A DNA stretch of 38,178 bases from Thermoplasmatota archaeon (GCA_031961585.1 JAVRLJ010000002.1:1-38178), one strand, 5' to 3'; positions 1 to 14,773 are shown, counted from the stretch's first letter. Program-made: numbers and translations. Notes: generated from the sequence alone by a model not told the origin.

Positions 1-48
1 TATATCATCGAAATCGAAATCATCATCCTTCTTTCTCCTAAATACCAT
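1..48 (-). CDS. 5' end of an unidentified CDS running off the left edge (MVFRRKKDDDFDFDDI...)
   Basis: ATG at 48-46 (minus) follows GAGGTGG (60-54) with a 5-nt spacer, the same SD geometry as other genes here. A TTTATATA box lies about 59 nt upstream. Only 16 codons are visible. Confidence 0.35.
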   Translation of the reverse strand, partial: MVFRRKKDDDFDFDDI

Positions 49-103
49 ATTTACCACCTCTTGTAAACTTTTAGTTGAACAATTAAGGTTAATTACCTAT
101 TCC

Positions 104-111
104 TATATAAA
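104..111 (-). promoter_or_regulatory. Candidate archaeal TATA box (TTTATATA on minus strand) for the left-edge CDS
   Basis: Perfect TTTATATA about 59 nt upstream of the ATG at 48. The spacing is similar to the TATA-to-start distances at rps12 and tuf in this window. Confidence 0.35.
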
Positions 112-128
112 TCTTTCTTTTAAACCTT

Positions 129-833
129 TCATTGAATTTTAAGTGATCCTGAATTCTGAAGCCTGGAAAGTGAAAGTGCAAGAGAATTCCCTTTACCATA
201 TCTTGTTGATTCTAAAATCGGTAATAGTGTGAAAAGTGCGCTTATTAATTCATTCATTAAAAAATTGTTGTTGAAAATTGATAGAATTGTTGAAATTGAA
301 ATAAAGAAGATTAAAATTGCAATGTCAACAACCTTTTTCGAAAATGGCAAAATTTCAAAAATGCGCACAAACAATGATCCATTCTTATACAATTCAATAA
401 TCATATTTCCTGAATTTAAAATGAAAATGTTTCCATAATTTTTCTTTTCAATATTTTTATTCTTCAGGAAATTTTTTATATGTTCCAAAGCAGTTTCAAC
501 ATCTGCACCCAGATTTAAATCGTAAATATTCATATGATCAATCTTAAAACTTTTTCTTAAATATTCCTTGAGAATTTTCAGAAATTTTCTATCAAAAACA
601 AAAATTGATGAATAAATTCCTTCTGAAATTATCGAGCAAATTTCAATGTTTTTATCCTTAATGCGAACAATGGGACCTTTTTCCAAAATGTAATTTTTAT
701 TTTTTATTAATAACATTTCAAGGTAGAAGCTTAAGTTTTCAATTGTATCGATGTATTTTATGTACCAACCATTTTTTCCAGGAATTTTACCCCGGTAATG
801 TTTAACCATTGATAGGATTAAAAAATTATTCAA
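129..833 (-). CDS. Hypothetical protein with a soluble N-terminal domain and hydrophobic C-terminal segment(s)
   Basis: Long ORF in an AT-rich background, divergent from grpE. The track start at 833 is TTG; an in-frame ATG at 809 (MVKHYRG...) is a plausible alternative. I recognise no motif. A hydrophobic stretch VVDIAILIFFISISTILSIF lies near the C-terminus. Confidence 0.55.
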   Translation of the reverse strand: MNNFLILSMVKHYRGKIPGKNGWYIKYIDTIENLSFYLEMLLIKNKNYILEKGPIVRIKDKNIEICSIISEGIYSSIFVFDRKFLKILKEYLRKSFKIDHMNIYDLNLGADVETALEHIKNFLKNKNIEKKNYGNIFILNSGNMIIELYKNGSLFVRIFEILPFSKKVVDIAILIFFISISTILSIFNNNFLMNELISALFTLLPILESTRYGKGNSLALSLSRLQNSGSLKIQ

Positions 834-912
834 TAAAAACCTTACATTTATGAAATTTTCACTTTAGAAACACTTATATAGAAGAGATAAAATACGCGAA
901 AAAGGTGTAAAC

Positions 913-1446
913 ATGGCAAAAAACATTACAAAGAAGGAACTACAGGAAATGTACGAGAAACTTAAGGAACAGTATGATAGTGAAAAAAAGATAATGGAGG
1001 AAAAAATAAGGGAGCTTGAAACGAAAAATAAGGAATACTGGGACAGAATATTAAGAATGCAGGCGGACTTTGAAAACTTCCAGAAGAATATGGAAAGGGA
1101 GAGGGAGAATTTTGCCAGGATTGCTTCAGAAAAAATAATACTTGACCTTGTTGAGGATCTTGAAAACATGGAAATGCTGCTCAATGATCTAAAAAATAAA
1201 AATTCAGATATCTACAATTCATTTAAGCTTGTTTATGATCATTTTCTTTCAACCCTTGAAAAAAATGGTCTGAAAACAATTGAATCTGTCGGGAAGAAAT
1301 TTGATCCATATTACCATGAGGCAATAATGATAGAAGAAACAGTTAATAATGAGGATGGAATTGTGGTGGAAGAGTTCAAAAAAGGTTACACGCTCAATGG
1401 AAAGGTAATAAGACCATCCAAGGTAAAGGTGTTAAGAAAGAGGTGA
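913..1446 (+). CDS. grpE: GrpE nucleotide exchange factor
   Basis: Coiled-coil N-terminus. C-terminal GrpE signature ...[13 protein letters not shown]...[16 protein letters not shown]. It sits directly upstream of dnaK, with an AAAGGTG SD before the ATG. Confidence 0.93.
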   Translation: MAKNITKKELQEMYEKLKEQYDSEKKIMEEKIRELETKNKEYWDRILRMQADFENFQKNMERERENFARIASEKIILDLVEDLENMEMLLNDLKNKNSDIYNSFKLVYDHFLSTLEKNGLKTIESVGKKFDPYYHEAIMIEETVNNEDGIVVEEFKKGYTLNGKVIRPSKVKVLRKR

Positions 1447-1451
1447 TTGAA

Positions 1452-3245
1452 ATGGAAAAAATAATTGGTATTGATCTTGGAACAAGCAATTCCGCTGCGG
1501 CTGTGGTTATATCAGGTAAACCGGTTGTAATACCAAGCGCTGAGGGAACAACGCTTGGCGGAAAGGCATTTCCAAGTTACGTTGCATTTACAAAGGATGG
1601 ACAGTTACTTGTTGGAGAACCTGCAAGGAGACAGGCGCTCCTCAACCCTGAAGGAACGGTGTATGCCGCAAAAAGAAAAATGGGTACGGATTACAAATAC
1701 AAAATTTTCGGAAAAGAATATACACCACAGCAGATATCAGCATTTATTCTTCAGAAAATAAAGAGGGATGCCGAGGCATTTCTTGGAGAAAAGATTACAA
1801 AGGCCGTTATCACAGTTCCTGCATATTTCAATGATAACCAGAGGCAGGCAACGAAGGATGCGGGAGCAATAGCAGGTCTTGATGTTGTAAGGATAATAAA
1901 TGAGCCAACAGCTGCGGCTCTTGCATACGGAATTGACAAATCTGAAAAGGAACAGAAAATACTTGTTTACGATTTTGGTGGAGGAACACTGGATGTAACA
2001 ATAATGGAGTTCGGTAACGGTGTTTTTGAGGTGCTTTCAACATCCGGTGATACACAACTCGGTGGAACGGACATGGATAATGCACTTATAGATTACATAG
2101 CTGATGAATTCATGAAAAAGGAGGGAATTGATCTAAGGAAGGATAAAAATGCCTACATAAGGTTGAAGGATGCAGCGGAGAGGGCAAAGATTGAGTTATC
2201 AACAGCTCTTCAGACGGAAATAAATCTACCGTACATTACATCAACACCCGAGGGACCAAAGCATCTTGTTATGACAATAACAAGGGCAAAGCTCGAGGAA
2301 CTCGTAACACCCATAGTTGAAAGGACAGGTGAATCGATTAAGAAGGCTCTTGATGCCGCCAAATTAACAAAGGAGGACATAGACAGGGTAATACTTGTTG
2401 GCGGTCCTACAAGAATGCCCATCGTTCAGAGATTTGTTGAAAATTTCCTTGGAAAGAAGATAGAGAGGGGAGTGGATCCAATGGAGTGCGTTGCAATTGG
2501 AGCAGCCATAGAAGGTGCGGTTCTTGCAGGTGAAATAAAGGATATTGTTCTCCTTGATGTGACACCATTAACCCTAAGTGTTGAAACACTTGGTGGTATT
2601 GCAACACCAATAATTCCTGCAAATACAACAATACCAACAAGAAAATCACAGATTTTCACAACGGCAGCGGATTTCCAGACAGTTGTTACAATACACATTG
2701 TTCAGGGTGAGAGACCACTTGCAAAAGACAACGTTTCACTTGGCATGTTCAACCTTGAAGGTATTCCACCAGCGCCTAGGGGAGTGCCTCAGATAGAAGT
2801 AACCTTTGATATTGATGCAAACGGTATACTCAACGTTACAGCAAAGGATCTTGCAACAGGAAAGCAGAACAGCATTACAATAACATCAACAAACAAGCTT
2901 ACAAAGGAAGAAATTGAGAGGATGAAAAAGGAAGCGGAGCAGTTTGCCGAACAGGACAGAAAAAAGAAGGAGGAAATTGAAACAATAAACAACGCTGAAA
3001 CACTGGCATACACATCTGAGAAATTCATCAACGAATACAGGGAAAAACTTGGTGAGGAAAAGGTAAAGGAAGCACAGGAGAAAATAAAGGAACTGAGGGA
3101 TGCAATTCAGGCAAAGGATATTGAAAAAATAAAAACAAAAATGAAGGAAGTTGAGGATGTTGTCCAGAAACTGGGAGCATCCATGTATCAAACATCCTCA
3201 CAGAAGAAAGAGGATTATGTTGATACGGAAGGAAAAAAGGAGTAA
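1452..3245 (+). CDS. dnaK: Hsp70 chaperone DnaK
   Basis: Hsp70 signatures [19 protein letters not shown] and [11 protein letters not shown]. The track ORF starts at GTG 1443; ATG 1452 lies 6 nt after GAGGTG and is the more likely start. Confidence 0.97.
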   Translation: MEKIIGIDLGTSNSAAAVVISGKPVVIPSAEGTTLGGKAFPSYVAFTKDGQLLVGEPARRQALLNPEGTVYAAKRKMGTDYKYKIFGKEYTPQQISAFILQKIKRDAEAFLGEKITKAVITVPAYFNDNQRQATKDAGAIAGLDVVRIINEPTAAALAYGIDKSEKEQKILVYDFGGGTLDVTIMEFGNGVFEVLSTSGDTQLGGTDMDNALIDYIADEFMKKEGIDLRKDKNAYIRLKDAAERAKIELSTALQTEINLPYITSTPEGPKHLVMTITRAKLEELVTPIVERTGESIKKALDAAKLTKEDIDRVILVGGPTRMPIVQRFVENFLGKKIERGVDPMECVAIGAAIEGAVLAGEIKDIVLLDVTPLTLSVETLGGIATPIIPANTTIPTRKSQIFTTAADFQTVVTIHIVQGERPLAKDNVSLGMFNLEGIPPAPRGVPQIEVTFDIDANGILNVTAKDLATGKQNSITITSTNKLTKEEIERMKKEAEQFAEQDRKKKEEIETINNAETLAYTSEKFINEYREKLGEEKVKEAQEKIKELRDAIQAKDIEKIKTKMKEVEDVVQKLGASMYQTSSQKKEDYVDTEGKKE

Positions 3246-3248
3246 AAA

Positions 3249-4322
3249 ATGGAAAAGGATTATTACAAGATACTTGGTGTTGACAGGAACGCAACGAAGG
3301 AAGAAATAAAGCGTGCCTACAGGGAACTGGCAAAAAAATACCATCCGGATTTACATCCAGAGAACAGAAAGGAGTATGAAGAAAAATTCAAGGAGATCAG
3401 CGAGGCATATGAGGTTTTAATGGATGATGAAAAAAGGAGGATATACGATCAGTATGGTGCGGAGGGTGTAAAATTCGGACCACAGGGTTTTGACTGGAAT
3501 AATTTCACACACTTCGATGATATAAGCGATCTGTTCAACCAATTTTTCAGGGACTTCGGTTTCGGAACTGTATTTGAGGAAAGCAAAAACATTCAGACCT
3601 ATGTGGACATTGATCTTAAGGATGCATACTTCGGTACAGAAAAAACAATAACATATGAAAGGGAAATACCATGTCCTGACTGTAACGGAACAGGAGCAAA
3701 AAATGGTAAAACAAAAAAGTGCCCAACATGCAACGGAACAGGCCAGGTAAGGGATGTAAAAAATATGGGCTTTATGCAGTATGTATCCGTTCATCCCTGT
3801 CCGACCTGCAGGGGAAAGGGTTACATCATAGAGGAAAAATGTCCAAGATGCAGGGGTAAGGGTATCATAACTGTTCAGGAAAAAATAAGGGTAACAATAC
3901 CAAAGGGTGTGGAGAATGGTACAAGACTAAGGGTAAGGGGAATGGGTAATGGTAAAAATGAGGGTGATCTTATCGTTATTGTAAGAATCAAGCCCCACCC
4001 GGTGTTTAAAAGGGATGGTGATGATCTTATAACTGAATTGAACATTCCTTTCACAAAGGCAGCTCTTGGTGGAGAATTTTCCATTGAAACAATTTCAGGT
4101 GAAAATTTAAACGTAAGGATAGAGCCTGGAACACAGCCTGGGGAGGTGTTAAAGTTCAGGGGGAAGGGCATGCCAAGGCTGAATTCCCATGGATACGGTG
4201 ATCTCTACGTTAAAATAAATGTTACAATACCCAAACATTTAACGCAGAGACAGAAAGAATTGTTAATGGAATTTGAAAATGAACCGGAAAAGAAGGGTTT
4301 CTTTCATGACAGGTTCAGATAG
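3249..4322 (+). CDS. dnaJ: Hsp40 co-chaperone DnaJ (type I)
   Basis: J domain (DYYKILGV...HPD), a G/F-rich linker and four CxxCxGxG zinc motifs ([32 protein letters not shown]). An AGGAG SD precedes the start. Confidence 0.97.
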   Translation: MEKDYYKILGVDRNATKEEIKRAYRELAKKYHPDLHPENRKEYEEKFKEISEAYEVLMDDEKRRIYDQYGAEGVKFGPQGFDWNNFTHFDDISDLFNQFFRDFGFGTVFEESKNIQTYVDIDLKDAYFGTEKTITYEREIPCPDCNGTGAKNGKTKKCPTCNGTGQVRDVKNMGFMQYVSVHPCPTCRGKGYIIEEKCPRCRGKGIITVQEKIRVTIPKGVENGTRLRVRGMGNGKNEGDLIVIVRIKPHPVFKRDGDDLITELNIPFTKAALGGEFSIETISGENLNVRIEPGTQPGEVLKFRGKGMPRLNSHGYGDLYVKINVTIPKHLTQRQKELLMEFENEPEKKGFFHDRFR

Positions 4323-4996
4323 ATCCTCTTGTTGTTTTTACCCTTGTTTTCATACTTTGAGATCACTATCTTTCCCACCTCACCTGTTTTTCTAACATGC
4401 GTGCCCCCATCCGCCTGCATGTCAAAGCCCTCAATCTCAATTACCCTTATTATATCAACATCGGGAAGAAGATCCTCCCTTACCCTGACAAGATCCTGTT
4501 TCATTTCACTCCTCTTTATGTATTTTATATTAACATTTAAATTCATTTCAACTATCTGGTTTGCTTCTTTTTCAATAACGGGTAGATCCTCTTTTTTAAG
4601 ATCATAGTTAACATCCATCCTTGCCCTGTCCGTATAAATCTGTGATCCTGTTATCCTTGCGTTGTATTTTTTGTATAAAACACCGCTCATTATATGTATT
4701 GCTGTATGATGCCTCATATGTGCATATCTCCTATCCCAGTCTATTTCACCCTTAACCTTCGGGGATCCCGTAAAGTTCCTGTCCAACTTATGAACAACAT
4801 ATTCATTCTCCTTCCTTACCTCAATAACACTGAATTCATTTTCGTTCAATATCTTTCCAGTATCGTATGGCTGCCCTCCGCCTTCAGGATAGAATGCTGT
4901 TCTATCAAGAACAATTTCATTATCCTTTGCAAATATAACATTGGCCTCAAAGTTCTTCAAATATGGATCATCCAGGTACAGTTTCTTTGTTTCCAT
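4304..4996 (-). CDS. alaX: AlaX-type free-standing Ala/Thr-tRNA synthetase editing-domain protein (AlaX-M size class)
   Basis: HxxxH motif (HTAIH) and a ...GGTHV motif of the tRNA_SAD editing domain. The 230-aa size matches stand-alone AlaX. The residue preceding GGTH is Asp rather than the usual Cys (see findings). Confidence 0.8.
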   Translation of the reverse strand: METKKLYLDDPYLKNFEANVIFAKDNEIVLDRTAFYPEGGGQPYDTGKILNENEFSVIEVRKENEYVVHKLDRNFTGSPKVKGEIDWDRRYAHMRHHTAIHIMSGVLYKKYNARITGSQIYTDRARMDVNYDLKKEDLPVIEKEANQIVEMNLNVNIKYIKRSEMKQDLVRVREDLLPDVDIIRVIEIEGFDMQADGGTHVRKTGEVGKIVISKYENKGKNNKRIYLNLS

Positions 4997-5072
4997 AATC
5001 AGTCAAATGAAAAAGTGATTCAAATTTTTTTCCATCCAAAAAATTAATAGGTTATTTATAACATGAACAATC

Positions 5073-5789
5073 ATGAACGTTAAATTCAAAATATGGTTTG
5101 AAAGTGATGGTGGTGAATATCTTTTCGGTGAGGGACTTTATGAACTTTTAAGCAAAATAAAGGAGCATGGGAATCTGATGGATGCCGTAAAGGAAATGAA
5201 CATGTCCTACAGGTATGCCTGGGGGAAAATAAAAAACTTTGAAAAATTGCATGGTAAAAAGATTGTTGAAACAAAAAGGGGTGGAAAATTAAAGGGAAAT
5301 GCAAATCTAACTGATTATGGTTCATACCTTTTGAATGAATATGAAAAATATATTGACCTTTTCAACTATTACATAAAGAGACCATACAAGGTACCATCCC
5401 TGGCGGTTGATGGTATAATAATAAAAGATAAAAAAATACTTCTCATAAAAAGGAAAAATGAACCCTTTGCCGGAATGTACGCTTTACCGGGAGGATTTGT
5501 TGAGTACGGTGAAACTGTTGAGCATTCCATTGTGAGGGAAATTCTTGAGGAAACTGGTCTTGTTTCAAGTGTTGATAGAATCGTTGGAGTTTATTCTTCC
5601 CCGGACAGGGATCCGAGAGGGCATACAATATCAATCGCCTACATGATGAAAATTGTTGATGGGAAGGCTAAAGCGGGAGATGATGCAATGGATCTGAAAT
5701 TCTTTTCTATCGATAAGATACCTGTTCTTGCCTTCGACCATAATATTATAATAAATGATGCTTTGAGATTACTTAACAACAAGATTTGA
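5073..5789 (+). CDS. Fusion protein: ModE-N-like winged HTH (LysR/ModE N-terminal type) plus Nudix hydrolase
   Basis: Residues 1-95 match the ModE N-terminal pattern (G..L..LL..I...G....A......MSY..AW..I...........V....GG..G.A.LT..G). The C-terminal half has an intact Nudix box GGFVEYGETVEHSIVREILEETGL and a terminal LAFDH motif. Confidence 0.85.
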   Translation: MNVKFKIWFESDGGEYLFGEGLYELLSKIKEHGNLMDAVKEMNMSYRYAWGKIKNFEKLHGKKIVETKRGGKLKGNANLTDYGSYLLNEYEKYIDLFNYYIKRPYKVPSLAVDGIIIKDKKILLIKRKNEPFAGMYALPGGFVEYGETVEHSIVREILEETGLVSSVDRIVGVYSSPDRDPRGHTISIAYMMKIVDGKAKAGDDAMDLKFFSIDKIPVLAFDHNIIINDALRLLNNKI

Positions 5790-6203
5790 AACGTTGAAGT
5801 GCCTTTTTAAAATTTCCTTTGTCAATCTTAAATTTCTTCCCTCCTTTCCTATGGCCCTGGCCTTCTGGGCCGGATCCACCTTCACCGCGATATTGTATGA
5901 TCCTTCACTTTCATTGATTTCAATTTCCTTTACACCAAACCTGTAAAAAAGATTGTAAACAAACCTTTTTATGTCCTGGCTATACTCCACAATTATTATT
6001 TTTTTACCAAGCTTTTCCTGAACCTTCTTAACGTTTTCACCGTTGTTAACAATTGCCTTCCTCAAAGTACCAGGATAGATAACAAATATTATGTACTCCT
6101 CATCCTCGGCAATGTCGTAAACGTCAACCCTTGTTAATGACTGAAATGTCATCATGTTCCTTAAGCTGTTTTCATCAAGTTTTATGGTTCCCATACCTTT
6201 CAC
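5769..6203 (-). CDS. nusA: Archaeal NusA-like transcription termination/antitermination protein (two KH domains)
   Basis: About 140 aa with a KH GxxG motif (IGKEGRN), in the conserved position after rpl30e. The track start is GTG, overlapping the rpl30e stop (GTGA); ATG at 6194 is an alternative. Confidence 0.85.
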   Translation of the reverse strand: MKGMGTIKLDENSLRNMMTFQSLTRVDVYDIAEDEEYIIFVIYPGTLRKAIVNNGENVKKVQEKLGKKIIIVEYSQDIKRFVYNLFYRFGVKEIEINESEGSYNIAVKVDPAQKARAIGKEGRNLRLTKEILKRHFNVSNLVVK

Positions 6204-6481
6204 TCTTTTTTAATTAATGATGATTCTCCGGGATCTATGACAGTTATTATTGATACATCAAACATTTTTCCGCAAACCGATCCAAGCTCTGTTGATGTTC
6301 CCTGGAACATTATTGTTGGAACATTCTCAACGCTTTCATGCAAAAAATATGGGTCAGGACAGTTCCTTGCAACTATGAAAAGTTTTGCTGTTTTGTTTCT
6401 AAGAGATTTCCTGGCCTGATCAAGTCCGAAATATACCTTTCCTGTTTCTATGGCCCTCTTAATTTCCCTTACAATGTCCAT
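6200..6481 (-). CDS. rpl30e: 50S ribosomal protein L30e
   Basis: L30e/L7Ae-fold pattern (...AKLFIVARNCP...ELGSVCGKMFDVSIITVIDPGES) in the conserved position between rpoA'' and nusA. Confidence 0.9.
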   Translation of the reverse strand: MDIVREIKRAIETGKVYFGLDQARKSLRNKTAKLFIVARNCPDPYFLHESVENVPTIMFQGTSTELGSVCGKMFDVSIITVIDPGESSLIKKE

Positions 6482-6486
6482 TCATT

Positions 6487-10705
<4,219 letters not shown>

Positions 10706-10709
<4 letters not shown>

Positions 10710-13700
10710 TTTAGATCACCCAGCTGTATCCTCATAATAACACCAAGACTCATCAACTCATCCCTCATCAACTTGAATGCATAGCTCGTTTCTATTGGAT
10801 ATATATTTGTTGTGTTTCCACAGACAGGACATCTCAAAGTGCCCTTCTTTCTATCGAATATTGCAATATGTCCACAATCAGGGTTACCACAAACATAAAG
10901 TATTGTTCCATCCGATTGATCAAGAAGCCTGTCCTTTATAACAAGAGCAGCACCATGTCCGATCAATGTATCCCTCTCCATCTCTCCAAACCTCAATCCA
11001 CCGAGCCTTGATCTACCTTCGGTTGGCTGTCTTGTAAGGATCTGTACAGGTCCCCTTGATCTTGCATGGAACTTTCCACCAACCATATGGTGTAGTTTCT
11101 GATAATAAATGACACCTATGTAAATATCCGCATCAAATTTCCTTCCGGTTATACCATCGTACATTGTTTCCCTTCCAGTGTACTTGAAACCATTTCTCAC
11201 TAAAGCCTGCCTCAATGATTCTTCAGGTTCACCAGAAAAGACGGTAGCATCTATGAACCTGCCCTCAATGGATCCAACCTTTCCTCCTATCATTTCAAGT
11301 AAATGACCTATTGTTAACCTTGAAGGTATGGCATGGGGATTTATTATTAAATCCGGTATTATACCATCCTCGGTGAATGGCATGTCCTCCTGAGGAACTA
11401 TTGCGCCCAGGACACCCTTCTGACCATGCCTTGATGCAAACTTATCTCCAAGTTCAGGTATCCTCTGATCCCTCACCTTTATTTTCACAAGCCTGTTGTT
11501 GTTTTCTGATGTTGTCAGAAGAACGCTGTCAACAATACCTGTTTCTTCAGGTCTCATGCTTATTGAAGATTCCCTCCTTTTCTGTGGGCCCAATATTCCA
11601 GGCTGTTCCTCAAGGAACCTTGGAGGTGATGTTTTACCTATAAGGACATCACCACCCTGGACAAACGTTTCGGGTGGAATTAAACCATCATCCTCAAGGA
11701 ACCTGTACGCCTCCTCACTCCTTGCACCCCTCACATCTGGACTGGGTATCTCAATCCTATCCTCCTCTCCACCCGGATACCTTCTTTCCTCCGTTGTATA
11801 TGTTCTGAAGAATGTTGATCTCCCGAGACCTCTCTCTATTGATGCCTTGTTCATAACAAGTGCATCCTGTATGTTGTATCCATGGTATGAAAGAATTGCA
11901 ACAACCATATTCTGTCCGGCAGGTCTTACGTTATATCCTGCAAAATCAATACTCCTTGTCTTAACAATTGGAACCTGTGGATAGTGGAGCAAATGCTGCC
12001 TTGTGTCCGGTCTCCTCCTGTAGTTGGACATGGGAAGACCCAGAGACTGCTTCATCATGGCAGCTCCCATGGTTATCCTGCTTGAGGAGTTATGGTCAGG
12101 ATAGGGTATTGATCCTGCTATTGGACCTAGAATTACACTTGGATCTATTTCAAGGTGTGTGTGTTCATTGTTCAACAATTTTTCAACCTTAAAGGTGTGG
12201 TTACAGTACCTGCATTTCAATTCCACATATGAATCGCTCTTGTCAAGGTTCGTCCAGGTAACATCATTCCTTCCAAGAATTGCACCACATACTGGACATC
12301 TATCGGGAACATTGTAGGCATAAACAGCAATAAATGCATTTTCTTCCTCATCAGCATCCAGCCATTCTATAACACCGTTAACTATGAGATCATCAATTTT
12401 CATTGTTCCATTTTTAATAGCTTCCCTCATTTTGTTTGAATACTTTATGTTTCCATTTTCAACTATGAGTAAAGGCCTTCTTAACCTACCTCTATCGGAA
12501 TTTATGATAACTTCATTTGTAGTATCATCATATTTTACGTTTACATTATGGTCTATCTCACCCCTTCTTCTCCTTTCCCTTATCTGTCTTGCCAGCTCAG
12601 AACCATTGGGATAAAAACCAACAAGATCGCCGTTAAGGTAAACCCTGCTCATTTCCCCCGTATCATACTCAAGATGCTTGAGACCTAATTTTACTAGATC
12701 CCTCATCACCTGTGAGGCCGGAACTTCCTCTGATACATCGATTATTAAGGCAGCATTCTTTACAAGACCGCAGTTCTGGCCCTCAGGTGTTTCATTCGGG
12801 CACATCCTGCCCCACTGCGTTGGATGAAGATCCCTTGCCTCAAAGTGTGGCTGGGACCTTGTTAATGGTGATGATATCCTTCTTAAATGGCTTAGCATGC
12901 TCATATGGGATGTTCTATCCAGAAGCTGTGAAACACCTGTTCTTCCACCCACCCAGTTACCGGTTGCCATTGCATGCAGAATTTTCTGCGTTAGAACATC
13001 CTGTCTTACTGCAGCCCTTAACTTTATCCCCTTCTTCCTGTTGTACGTTCTTTCAAGGTGGTATTTGAGATCCTTGAGAAGGGCCTCAAAAGACTGCCTG
13101 AAAAGTTCTTCAAGTAAATCACCTGCAAGTTTCATCCTTTTGTTTGCAAGATGATCCTTATCATCCTCCTTCCTTATTCCAAAATGAAGTTCAAGGACGG
13201 ATCTTGCCATCCTTGATAGGTAAAGAGCCTTTTTAAGCCTGTCCTCAGGTTTATCCCCGAGATGGGGTAAAAGATTTTTATCAAGGATCTGTGATAATCT
13301 TTTCTCCCTGTATTCCTTTGCCTGCCCCGCAGCAAACCTTTTTTCAAGGTACTGTATTGCATCATCCGTTGTTTTTACACCCTCCTCACTGTAATTGTTT
13401 TCCCTTTCACAGTCCTCAATGTTAGCAAGAACAATAGGTTCCATTCTTTTGTCACTTACAATACTCTTGAATATATCCTCATCCTTTTCCAGACCTAGAG
13501 CTTTAAGCAGAATAACAAGAGGTATTGTTCCATTTATTATGGGAATTGAAACTGCAAGAATTCCATCAAGCTTCCTTTCAACAGAAATAAGTGCCCTGTA
13601 ACCTGAGTTTTCAGAAAAAACCTTTGCAGTTTCAACCTTTGTATCATACTTTTCCTCATATTCAACAAGTACCCTGTTTGGTGCAAGATCCTCAAGTGTA

Positions 13701-14341
13701 ATAAGAACCCTTTCTGTTCCGGAAATTATGAAGTATCCACCAGGATCGTTGGGATCCTCACCAACAAAGCTGAGCTTCTTTTCATAAGGATCACTTTTGC
13801 TTGGTACCCTTTCATTCTTTCCTATGTTTTCCTCAATGTACTCATCTATGTTATCCGGGTGAAGAACGCATATCTTGCTTTTAAGCATTATTGGGATATC
13901 GCCTATCTTTACCTCCTCCGGTTCATGTTCAACACATCTTTCACCATTTTCATCACATTCTATGACTGTGAACCTTAAACCCAGCTCCGCCGAGTATGTG
14001 AAATCCTTCAACCTTGCCTCCATGGGCGTATTTATTCTGTTTGCCTCGGATCCTCCCCTTCCCCTGGCAACGGAAACATAAACAGTCGGTGCACTGTACT
14101 GTCCATCCTTTTTTACCCTTCCATACCTTATTTTTATAACCCTTCCGCCTGTTTTTGATTTATCTAAAGTCATTTCACCGGGCTCATCCGTATCAGTTAC
14201 CCTTGTTGAATCTACTATCTGCTGAAGAATGCTGTTGGGATTATCAGGTGTTGGTATGAATGCATTATAGCTTGCAATATGGTGGCCAACAATACTTTTT
14301 TGTTTGAAAAACGCATCAATAATCTCATTCATGTTATCCAC
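10706..14341 (-). CDS. rpoB: DNA-directed RNA polymerase subunit B, unsplit (Rpo2)
   Basis: A single 1211-aa ORF with conserved blocks (...[19 protein letters not shown]..., ...[10 protein letters not shown]..., ...[11 protein letters not shown]...) and a C-terminal zinc ribbon. The track start is GTG 14341; ATG at 14332 (MNEIIDAFF) is equally plausible. Confidence 0.97.
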
Positions 14342-14371
14342 ATCCTTAATATTACATGGATAAAAATTTTT

Positions 14372-14626
14372 TCATTCCTCCACAACAACCCTGTAGGCTA
14401 CTGTTTTCCCAGATGTGGGACTTTTTCGAATAATTTTAATCACCCTTCCAGGTTTAATTGGTCCGCTTATTTTTTCGAGCATTTTTATAGCCGGATCGCT
14501 TCTTTTTATTTTTGGCAATGAATCCTTTGATATGTTTAATTTTTCAAGAATTTCCCTCTCTTCCTCCTCTGAAAGAAGATAGTGTTCAGGAACCAGTTCA
14601 TGTTCCAATACATTTATTTTCCTCAT
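14372..14626 (-). CDS. rpoH: DNA-directed RNA polymerase subunit H (Rpo5)
   Basis: MRKINVLEHELVPEHYLLSEEE... carries the H.LVP.H motif of RpoH/Rpb5. ATG 14626 has AAGGTG 6 nt upstream. The longer track ORF (to 14677) runs into the tRNA-Lys gene and is an artefact. Confidence 0.9.
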   Translation of the reverse strand: MRKINVLEHELVPEHYLLSEEEEREILEKLNISKDSLPKIKRSDPAIKMLEKISGPIKPGRVIKIIRKSPTSGKTVAYRVVVEE

Positions 14627-14646
14627 ACTAAGCACCTTCTTATCAG

Positions 14647-14720
14647 CGGGCCCGAGGGGATTCGAACCCCCGGCCACCTGGTTAAAAGCCAGATGCTCTA
14701 CCTAGCTGAGCTACGGGCCC
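14647..14720 (-). tRNA. tRNA-Lys (anticodon UUU), 74 nt, no encoded CCA
   Basis: The minus-strand sequence GGGCCCGTAGCTCAGCTAGGTAGAGCATCTGGCTTTTAACCAGGTGGCCGGGGGTTCGAATCCCCTCGGGCCCG folds by hand into a cloverleaf. It has a 7-bp acceptor, 4-bp D stem, 5-bp anticodon stem with loop CTTTTAA, and a T arm GGGGG/TTCGAAT/CCCCT. Confidence 0.92.
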
Positions 14721-14746
14721 GTGCTCTTTACCTAAATTACACTTCA

Positions 14747-14754
14747 AATATAAA
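14747..14754 (-). promoter_or_regulatory. Candidate TATA box (TTTATATT on minus strand) for tRNA-Lys and probably the downstream rpoH operon
   Basis: The A/T box is centred about 30 nt upstream of the mature tRNA 5' end (14720), as expected for an archaeal promoter with a short tRNA leader. Confidence 0.45.
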
Positions 14755-14773
14755 GGTTATGTTACAGGGTATG

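Noticed and set aside
834-912. A CIRCE or other heat-shock operator upstream of grpE.
   Set aside because: No inverted repeat resembling CIRCE is present. I saw only a short direct CACTT duplication and generic A/T boxes.
14627-14677. N-terminal extension of the rpoH track ORF (MAGGSNPLGPADKKVLS...), and the plus-strand ORF 14582-14806.
   Set aside because: Both overlap the tRNA-Lys gene. The conserved RpoH sequence starts at ATG 14626, which has its own SD.
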